Shown here in pieces: positions 53,363-64,000 of a DNA stretch of 64,000 nt (the first letter of the stretch is position 1; each line of letters opens with the position of its first letter). Under the pieces are notes generated by a model, which was given only the letters and a program-made list of their open reading frames with translations, was not told the origin of the DNA and made no database searches. A program made the position numbers and the translations under genes. The stretch is from the human T2T-CHM13v2.0 reference genome, Homo sapiens, in the NCBI RefSeq assembly GCF_009914755.1, contig NC_060933.1; one strand, 5' to 3'.

Positions 53363-56300
53363 TTCCTCTGAAGCACCCGGCATTGGGATAAGGTCTCAAA
53401 GGAAACGTTAAAAGACAATGCAAAATGAAGAAGAATATGGGGTACCAAAATTATAGTTATCAATCAACCACAGAACTTAGTTTTCCCCAAATATCTGAAA
53501 GGTTGTTTGACGTGTCAAAATGGAAACAATGCATTCAGTACTGCTTCAGAAGGCAAACCTAAACCAAAGTTTGAAATCTGTGATGATGAACATATTAAAA
53601 TTATAGAATCATTTGAAGGTTATTATTATCCAGCAGTAACACAGTAGATGCCTTTACAGAACTGAATGTAATGAGAGACTAGTATTGTGTCCCTTTGTGA
53701 AGTCTTTAAATTATAACAGTTTCAAAATATATGAAGATTTTGACCAAATCAGAACAAAGGCCATTCATGATATAAACCACTTTGAGACAGTAAGAGCTAT
53801 TGGTTGGGTCTATAGGGCCACTAGTCTAGGCCTCCGATAATTTATGCACCAGGAGAAATGTCTTTGAGGAACAGATAATTGCCTGCATGCCTCTCCTAGA
53901 CATGTTGGTGGAAGCTGCAACAGGAGTGGTTATTATTAATCCCTTTTAGAGGACAATACTAGTCTCACCTCTGAACCACCCATCAATATTGTGCTCAATT
54001 AGCACTTTGTTTCAATTGACAATGAAATTATATACTGAAAACAGCATGAATCCATGACCTGACCAGAAGCATTCTCTAGCCAGTGAATGATTTTTCTATC
54101 CTTGCCTCCTTTTCAATTTAACAAAAGAGGATAACACTGAATTCAGACTACAGGTGTGCAGATCCTCATTGTTTTAAGTCATCAGAAAGAACACAATTAA
54201 AAATTAATTTAAAAACTAGGAATATTTATATCGTCTTTCCTCATAGTTTTCCTCTTCTGGTCTTTTGCCTTAATAGTTATTTACTATTTCTCATTCATAT
54301 TTGGTAGAAAGTGTCATTATACAATGTATAACAAAGGTCTTGAGAATACAAATGTATAACTCTTTCATATAATTATAATCCAAAGAAATCTTTAATATAT
54401 TCATGTTAAACATCGGTTTATATGATATTTGCAATCCATGTGAAAAAACCATTTTACAAAAACATTAAAATAAAGCCCAAGTTTTTGTATTTGAGTGATT
54501 CAGCTTAAGAAGACTTATATAATTTATGAAATAAATACATATCATTTGAGCATAATGCAACACACCTTTAAAAACCACTTGTTTGAAAAGAAGCAAGGCA
54601 TATCCACTGATTATATACAACTACTGCTTTCAAAATTTTCACTTTTAACCAGTAGACTTTTCATCAGTGTTTTATATTGTCAGGGTGTTTTTTGTTTTTG
54701 TTTTTATGATTTAATGTATTTAACTTGTTTCTCTATTAGAACAGAAAAAACACATACTTCTTTATTTCTTCTGCATTCCTTTCCATTTGTTGGCCATGAC
54801 AGCAGTTAGATTATACCCCTTTCTACTGAAGCGTTGTGCTAAGTTTTGGGAGGGCAGGAGAAAATATCTTCAGCTTGAAAAAAAAAAATACTTGAATAAA
54901 CAGGTAATTTTTGTATTAAGATATACAATGGTCACTTTCTTTAGTGAGTTATGACAATCTACCTCTGAAGTACAACATGTTAGAGTCATTTGCTCTGGAC
55001 AAAGTCACTTTCAGGAATGGTTTTATTACAATGAAAAGGAATAGGTATACTGGCTCTTAAGTGCCACTATTGCCCTTTATGAGAATGAGAACTAGATTAG
55101 CTGGCACGCTTATATCCCACACTCTTTATGAGCCTTATATGTTTTGGGGTATTTTCATCATTTTAATCTGGATGATGTTATTTTCAGAAACATCCTAAAA
55201 CAATTTTCAAAGAAGCAAGGAAAAGGTTAACACTGAACTTGCATAATATTCAGTCATGAAAATGCATTTGAATACATTTGTTTAGCAATGCTAACATAGC
55301 AATCTTCAGAAGTTGCCCAGAGATATCTTTTGAGGTTTCATAATATGTTAAACATGCAAAAGCATAAAAACAGGGAAAAAGGAAATGGTATAACAATAAA
55401 AAGGTTTAAAATGATGAGGAATATTCATTTGCTTCCCTGATTAAAATTAAGTTATATAATTATATAGATACCAATATATTAGAATTGTTATATACAATCT
55501 AATTTAAGGCATAAGAGATAAGTGTGTTCAAGGGGAGTAGCGAAAAAAGTGCTCTTAATTTTTCTTTTTGATTTTTTGCTGTGGTTAGTGTTAATACATG
55601 TATATTGAATGGATATCTTATTTTTAAACAACAAAACCTTATTTCAACAACACCAATCTACATATACCTGATATTTTATATAATGCACTAATGAAAGCAT
55701 TGTGATGTTAAAATTAGCATTGTAGAAAGGAAATTGATAAATGTAACTAGCAAACATTAATTTTGGGGGATGAATATTTTCTAATCTATTTCTGAAAAAC
55801 TATTACTTGGTTATACTAATTTATTTGAGGGTACCTTCCCCTGTATCATTTTTACCTCCACTTTTGAAAGAAGCAAACAATACTCCTTCTGAAAAATAAA
55901 TTTTAATTCTACAGCTTTCTATGACAACTTTTTTGTTATTCATACCAAAGATGAAGCTATGCCCATACCTTATTGATTATATATGCAAAGAGTTCTCTAT
56001 CAGGAAAGTTTCAACATGAAAGATTTCTTCCCACTGAGGAGTCTCTCCATTACAGAAGGTCAACTGGTAAATGTTATTCTGTTTCCACTAATAACCATTT
56101 GATCCTCTTTTAGATTTTCATTCACTCTAGTGTTAAATGAATCTTTGCTGAAAATTATTAAATCAAAACTATAATACCTTAATAGAGAAAAATGAATGTT
56201 ATGAGGCAGTATCTCACCATCAAAGTTGCAGGGACATGTCTTTTCAAAGTGAAATATATAGCTTATCTAGTTAACAAAAGGGCAGCAAATTCCTTTGCAG

Positions 56301-56932
56301 GTCTAAAATTGAGCCAGCAAAGTGGTGGTTTACAAACAGATGCCAGTTTCAATTTTCATGTTAGATGATCAAATATATATTGAGTCTGCATAGGAAATGC
56401 TGTTATCACAGGATTCAACACACAATGTCGAATTCCTGCATAGAGAAATTTCATTTTTTCATTACGTTCTGTACATGCAAACTTCCTAGCTAGTGTGGAG
56501 AAAACCTAGGAAAAAAAAAAGTTTAAGGTGAACCTTGAAGGATGAGAATGAATGAAGTACAGACGATTATGTAAGGTTTGAAGGCATGACACTGTATACA
56601 ATTACTGAGTAAGGATGGAACACATCCACACTAGTGATGAGAACAAATTTATATTTTGAGTGCAGTACATCCATTCATTCTTGATTCCTTCTTAGACATT
56701 ATTTCCTAAAATTGAGCCACAGGATGGTCAGAATGGTCAGATCTGCTACCACAGGGAACTGGGACTTTTGTTTAATAATACATACTCCACAAACATGCAC
56801 AACCTCTTCTCCTCTTTTCCCCCAGAGTAGCTGATTCTACTACAGTGATTCATATGACCTGGATGGGTAAAGGGGTATATGCAATCAACTGAGTTCATTA
56901 GAATAAGTTTTAAAGTGTTAAAGAAATGATGA

Positions 56933-57229
56933 GGCTGGGCGTGGTGGCTCACGCCTGTAATACCAGCAGTTCGGGAGGCTGAGGCGGGCGGATCAGGAGG
57001 TCAGGAGATCGAGACCATCCTGGCCAACATGGTGAAACCCTGTCTCTACTAAAAATACAAAAAAAAATTAGCCAGGCGTGGTGGCAGGTGCCTGTAATCC
57101 CAGCTACTCCGGAGGCTGAGGCAGGAGAATCGCTTGAATCTGGGAGTGTCGGAGGTTGCAGTGAGTCAAGATCGCCACGGCACTGCAGCCTGGCAACAGA
57201 ACGAGACCCCGTCTCAAAAAAAAAGAAAA
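56933..57229 (+). mobile_element. Alu (AluSc-like)
   Basis: Full Alu, TSD AAAGAAATGATGA. Confidence 0.96.
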
Positions 57230-57381
57230 AAAAGAAATGATGACTCCCTGTAACAATTGCCTGGTGACTATATTCAACTTAGATCAAAACAATGCAAAAA
57301 ATCTACTGTAAACTGTGCCATTTCTGTATCAGGATTTTACCAAGTTAGCACAGGAGTAATTTATATTTTGAGTTTAAACTT

Positions 57382-57568
57382 TAGAGCAGAGGTTTTAAAT
57401 GGAAAATTCTGTGACAATAAAAATTTCTATAATATACTGAAACCTTGGAACAAGAATTAAAGGCATACAATGGTATATTTATGGAACTTTTATTTTATTT
57501 TGATTAATTTAAATACAAATGTAAATAACCTCATGCGTCTATTGGCTACCATATTGGATAGCACAACT
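57382..57568. mobile_element. MER3-type hAT MITE
   Basis: TTCTGTGACAATAAAAATTTCTATA...TGGCTACCATATTGGATAGCACA. Confidence 0.7.
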
Positions 57569-58074
57569 GTACAGCATCAGTAAGATTTAAACTCATACGA
57601 GTATTATCAAATCTACTAAAAATAGATAAGACTTTTTCCTATCTTAAAATAGAACTAAGGTGACATTTTTTTTCCACAGCCATATTAATGGATAGCAACC
57701 TTTTCAATACTGTTTCCTCATAAGTGTATGGATAAACGGATTCCAAATATATTTGGTTAAAAGCAAGGCAAACAAATATATTGAATTCAGATAAGGACTC
57801 TAGGTCAGAGATCAATCGAAAGTGGGTCCTGATTTCAAGACTACATTATTTTGTGCTGAGTGAAACAAATGAAAGCTAACTAAAGTAAGTATAAATGAAA
57901 TAAGATTTGTAATATAGGTAAAGCAAAGTGCCCTAGGAGAGCAGGAATATTTCTTTCCATTGTCAGATATAAGCATGATATTTGTGGTGGGCCTTGAAAG
58001 ACTAGAAGAATAAGAGATGTAAACAACAAGACTTAAAGGCATAAAATGGTATATTATATTTATGGACACTTGGA

Positions 58075-58330
58075 GTTCTCACTATTAAGTGGGAGGTATT
58101 GATAAGAACACATGGACATGTAGATGGGAACAACACACAAACCGGGGCCTTCTGGAGTGCAGAAGTTGGGAGGAGGGAGAGGATCAGGAAAAATAATTAA
58201 TGAGTATTAGGCTTAACACCTGGGTGATGAAATAATCTGTACAACACATCCCCATGACACAAGTGTACCTATGTAACAAATCTGCACCTTTATCCCTTAA
58301 CTTAAAAGTTATATATATATTAAAAAAAAA
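58075..58330 (+). mobile_element. L1PA13-16-type 3' end fragment
   Basis: GGGAGAGGATCAGGAAAAATAA...CCTGGGTGATGAAATAATCTGTACAAC and A-tail. Confidence 0.88.
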
Positions 58331-58369
58331 CAGTGAAGTTTGAAGTGATGCTAAAAGAGCAATCTGGCA

Positions 58370-58620
58370 ATAGGACATGAAAGGTCATGATGCTATGTCT
58401 GGAAATCTGAAACTTACTCTGTGGATGATAGAGCCAAAAATATTTTAAGTATAACAACATGATTTGATCTCTGCATTAGGAAGATAGCCCTATGGCAATA
58501 TCTGGGGATGACTGCAAAGGTAAGAAATTACAGGCAAGGAAACCAGTGAAGAAGTTACTAGCTATAATTCAAGAATGATAAATACTTGAATCAGGCTAGT
58601 ATTTTAGAAGGTATGCAAAG
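58370..58620 (-). mobile_element. L2 fragment
   Basis: GCAAGGAAACCAGTGAAGAAGTTACTAGCTATAATTCAAG, antisense L2-like. Confidence 0.55.
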
Positions 58621-60702
58621 TAAAGGCTATCTTTCTGGGCCATTGCAAAGTTGGGAGGTGATTACTGAATAAACCAAGCATCTTCGGGAGAGGAGACAAA
58701 AACAGTCTGTGCCATTTCATTTCGAGGCCTGGAATAAAGAGTGATGACACTAAAAGAAGGTTTGGTTCTAAAATACTTCTTTATTTTCCTGATTTTTAGG
58801 TTTTTTGTTTCAATTGGAAAATTCCTAGTATTTTTGTGATGTCAGTGAAGAAACTGATGATTAAAGAGAAAGAACATGAGTTAAACAGAATGTACAATTC
58901 AGAAACTAGGTTTTCAATTATAGTTATATTTTTAGGAAAAAAAGGTAATGCAAATCTAATTTTAAAATTCAGTCAATACGAAAGTGTGTAACACAAAATA
59001 AAAAGCAAAATTAACCTCACACCTACCTGTTAAAAGAGTTTCCACTGTTAGTAATTTGCAGTATTTACTTTCATAACTTTTTCTACATATGTATAAACAT
59101 ATATACATTTTTAAAATATGAATTATTTCTCTTCACTGTATATTTGTATGCAGAAATATCTATAATGCATACCTAATAGCACTGCTGAATTATATACTTG
59201 CTTGAGTTGCATAATGTTGCAGCCCTACAGGTACATATTTTTATTTACACAACTTGGATGATTTTCATTCAGTGAAACAATTTATTAATTTATTCCTTCC
59301 ATGTCAATGTACGTAGAGCTTTATTATTATTTTCCATGGTTTTCAGGGTATTCCATAACACAGACACATCACCATTTATTCTTTCTGTAGTAGACATTTA
59401 GGGGATTTAAAATGTTTACATTATAAATACTGACAATTTAGTAATTAGTGTCTTAGAGAATTTATTCCAAGTTAAAAACAAAAATAGAGATTTAATGTAA
59501 GTCCAACTGAGAAATCTATAAAGTAGGCAAAATTTTAAAGTTATCATACACATAAAAATTCAAATGTATTCTTATCTACTCGTAGTTTTAGTAACTCCTC
59601 TGATAAAAAAGAGATCATAGTAGAAATAATCAGATATGAAAAAAATTAAAGATTTAAAAATTTGGTATGTATTACTCTCCACTGAAGACATGATCTTATT
59701 GGTAATTATTGGAACATCATGCTATCTACATACCTATTATTTTAGATATTTATCTATCCACATAGTTTCCACGTCATGCTGACACACACACATCCAGGTG
59801 TACACACACAATTTGGGCCCTTTTACACTATATCATTTTAAAGTGATACGTGCTGAGATTTCATCTATGAAATAGTCACCCAATTACAGTTCAGAGAATC
59901 TCCATCTGAAAAGAGGTGAACACAATTTTCACCTTGTGAATATTCAGAAATTGAATCCAGGGAAGAAATTTACTGCTAGTGAACATTGTTTGTATATGAA
60001 AAATGAGAACCTAGGAAGTGGCTATTTTCATAATGATATAAATCTGGAAACACAACTAGAAATACACTTCAGCTAAGTAAGAATTGCAAAGAACTTTGTA
60101 CTCGTTCAAATGAAATTATTTCCTGGCAGGGAATTTCTTTTTTCAGTTTCTCTTTAATTTCATTCAGCTCAATTCTATTTTGTAATTACCACCTTCATAA
60201 AAAGTAATCATAATAACCAGTTCTTCTGAAGATAGAGAAACAAGAATATGGCCAACTAATTACAAACGTTTGGGAACACTTATCAATAAAATGTATAAAA
60301 CCAATTCATTTTCTGCCAATAACATGATCATGTATGTCTCAAATCACAAAAGACGATGAATTATGCAATTATTTTTCTCTTGAGATCCTTAAAGATTGGA
60401 GTAAGAATAAGGAAGTTATATTATTTTTCCATAGGGACTAAAACGTAATCCACATGCTTTAATATAATGGGCTGCTTGTTTGCCTTTCTGTGAGACAAGG
60501 CAAGCATATCCACCATACACATGGCATTGATCAGTCAATAAATCTTGCTATGCCAAAACCACAAATTTAATTGGTTCAGCATTAGGGATCCCATATATTA
60601 GTTTTTCTCACGACCAATCCCATTTGGGAAGATTCTAATACATCTTCAAATGCAACTTCTCTATTGTAAAACTGATAGGTCTAGAAAATGTGGAGAAATA
60701 CA

Positions 60703-60769
60703 GTGGGAGGAGAGGAAAAGGGGAGAAAAGAGAGATGAGAGAGGGGAGAGGGAAGAATGGGGAGAGAGA
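60703..60769. repeat. Purine-rich (GA) low-complexity tract
   Basis: Directly visible. Confidence 0.8.
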
Positions 60770-61822
60770 CAATATATGTTTTTAAACATTTGGAAACCAT
60801 TTGCTTCCTTTTTTCTTTTACATAAGGCAAATAAGACAATATGCATAGAAGTACTTTATGTTTCAATTTTGAGAGGAATAAGTTAAGAAATGTGATCCTA
60901 GGCTTATTGTAAGGGATAGACTCATTCTCTTATCTTCTAGGAGCAATTTTTCTTAATGGTTTTTGAAACGGCTGACCAACCATTGTCATTAAAACCCTCT
61001 CTCGGTTTCTAAAATACTGAATTTTCCTTATACCTTATAATCTTCTTGACTACTTTGACTTAACTTTTGACTTAGTTTCTATTTACGATCTACCATAAAA
61101 TAGAAATGTTTATTTAATAATTATTTATATTCTCTCTGTGTGTACACATAAACACACACACACACTTCCACAATCCTGTTAGAAAGTTATTATTTCTAAT
61201 TTATAATAAGAATACAATGAAATTGTCCATTTAATAGGAAAGCCCAAGATAAGATAGTAAATCCTGAAGCCACAATACAAACACAATTCAGTCTGATTTC
61301 TAAGACTATGTTCTCTCGTCACGCCATGCTACATGTGCCCTTAATACCATGGTTCAACGTTCTTCAGTTCTCTTACTGTCATCATTTATAATTGCCTTTT
61401 GAGAGATCTCATCCATTCTTAAGATTTGAATGTCCACTTCTGCATGGATGGCATGCAACATCTCCAGTACTGGCATTTTCCATATATTGCAGTACCACTT
61501 TGGAAATGCACTGACTCTTTAAAAGCCACATAAATGTTCAGCCATTAAATTCAAAGTTATTATGTCTTAATAAAAATGATTTCCTCCCATCTCAAATCAT
61601 TATTTTCTTTCAACTATCATATACAATAACCTGTTACACAAATCCGTACGTTGTTTATGGTATTTTGAAACCATATTTTTATCTTCATTCTTGTTTGTAA
61701 AAGATAATCTATTATTGAATTCTTTCACACATCACTCTAAACTCCTTTGCATTTTTCTCTTATCCACTTTTACTTTCAAGATTTTTATCTAACCGCTTTA
61801 TCCCCTACATTGTGATTCATAC

Positions 61823-61976
61823 GCAGCCCCTGGGAAGTGAGGAGTGCCTCTGCCCAACCACGATGCAACCCTCCAGGTGTGAGGTGGCAGCCTTATGTGT
61901 GATCTTTCTGCCCTCCCCAAGTTTGCATTTTCGACACTAAAGTTTACTTTTACATTAAAAATAATAATAATAATAT
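61823..61976 (+). mobile_element. SVA2 element, 5'-truncated (one VNTR unit, SVA2 unique 3' end, A-rich tail)
   Basis: CTGGGAAGTGAGGAGTGCCTCTGCCC (SVA VNTR unit), then TGCAACCCTCCAGGTGTGAGGTGGCAGCCTT...CCCCAAGTTTGCATTTTCGACAC...ATTAAA and (AAT)n tail; no SINE-R. Confidence 0.72.
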
Positions 61977-62046
61977 AGAAAAAGGTTTTCCTATTAGAGT
62001 TTCTGTTTCTAAATTCTGCCTTAAATCCAGGTTTTATAAAACTATC

Positions 62047-62376
<330 letters not shown>

Positions 62377-63062
62377 TCATATCACTCTAATACCTTAAGA
62401 TATATTATCAAAATCTCCTACTTAATCAAGCCCTGTAATCTCCCAGCAGTGAAACTCATACATACGTGGGACGGGGAAAAAAACAAAAAAACACCTTTTC
62501 TTATTGCTGGAAACCTAGAGTAGTTTTGAATTAGAAATTCAGAGTTGCTTTGAGTTACTGTTATTCCATGAGAAAAACAGTATTTTATGGATATTTCTAA
62601 ACTTAAAAAGATAGATCTAACCAAAGATGGCTTCTCCCAGTGATTTTTGATCTTTCTAGGGGCAGTATATAATCCATTGCAGGAAGCTGTGGTGCTATCA
62701 GAAGCTGAAACATCAAGAACCCAGATTATTCACATTCCCCTGCCTCCTATCTCCTCTCTCTCTCCTTCCCCCACTGCCCCACTCATTGATCATTTACTAT
62801 TTCTTTTCACAGTGAATTATGCTTTTATCATGAATAGTATCTAGGTTTATAAGTGTACAGTAATATAAATTCTAAATTCTTCGGTTTAAATGTATTAATT
62901 TTCTCTCATACTTTACATCCTAGAATGATTATCTTGGATTATGGTGTTCCTAGACATTCTTGGAGTATTCTTTATCCCAAACTATTTCAAATTTAGAGCT
63001 TCAATATCTAAAAGACTGTTAGTAAAATTAATTTATTATTTTACCTGCTCACCTCTTTGCTA

Positions 63063-63380
63063 CACTGGGTCTTTCCTATCTGTGGATTCTATATCCATGG
63101 ACTCAAAGGGACACAGATTGAAAATATTTGAGAAAAAACAATAAAAATAGCAATACAACAATAAAAATAATACAAAAATACAGCATAACAACTATTTACA
63201 GAGCATTTACATTGTATTAGGCATGATAAGTAATCTAGAGTTTATTTAAATTATATAGAAGGATGTGTGTGAGTTTTATGTAAATACTATACCATTTTTA
63301 ATCAGGGACTAGAGCATCTGCAGATTTCGATATCTGAGGGGTCTTGAAACCAATACTTCACAAATACTAAAAGAAGATTG
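63063..63380 (-). mobile_element. MER2-type Tigger MITE
   Basis: AGCATTTACATTGTATTAGG...GGGACTAGAGCATCTGCAGATTT...GAAACCAAT; TA on both flanks. Confidence 0.85.
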
Positions 63381-64000
63381 TACTTCTGTATCTATCTGTT
63401 TTTTGTACAATTGAAAGATTCAGATTCTTCCCTTTTTATCTCAGTTTATAAGCACCCCCCATAGTTTTTCTTTCATCTAAACAAATGATGGACCATTTAA
63501 AACAGAAATTTCATGCCCACATTCTTAGTGTTTAAATCTCTTCATTTATGTTCTACCTTCCATGATGATCACAAGTACTGGATCACTGTACCAATTTTTT
63601 TTCTCTTTCTGTATCTTGATATCAGAATGACATTAGAAGAAACCACGTATTTGTGTAGATTATGACACTCTAAACCTCATCTGGTCTATATGAACTAGTT
63701 AAACATGATCTTTATCAGTCACCTTTTCCATTTCCCACATAAGTTATTCCAAATGGATACAAAGCACCTCAAGTCCCTCATATTTCCACCGCTACAAATG
63801 CAAAGGGTGAATATAATCATATGGGAAATTGTGGTTATTAGTAAGATTCCTTCAATGTCCTGTCTGTATCTCTTTATATAACAAATAAAAAGAAAAGCAG
63901 CCGAATTAGAATTTTACTCATTTTCACATCTTTTTCTATAGGCCCACAGGATGAGCTTTTCACCATTCCCTTTTTAGAGGGGATTTTTCCACCAGTGACT

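Overview
Primate (human-like) non-coding genomic DNA with no intact protein-coding gene. The first ~14.6 kb holds two processed pseudogenes: GXYLT1 (short, exon-2-skipped isoform) and a 5'-truncated CNN2. Between them lies an old, decayed LINE fossil whose ORF1 and ORF2 C-terminal remnants resemble fish/amphibian/reptile-type L1s more than eutherian L1M/L1P elements. The rest is AT-rich and repeat-dense (Alu, L1, L2, MIR, MaLR LTRs, Tigger3, MER2/3/20/30). Structural oddities there include a 5'-inverted (twin-primed) L1PA15/16-type element in a nested insertion stack, an internally inverted AluY with a perfect 15-bp TSD, and a rare SVA2 fragment. The GXYLT1P+CNN2P pairing and abrupt repeat truncations suggest a pericentromeric segmental-duplication mosaic (inference). 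Repeat subfamily names and parent protein sequences are from memory, not a RepeatMasker or BLAST run.
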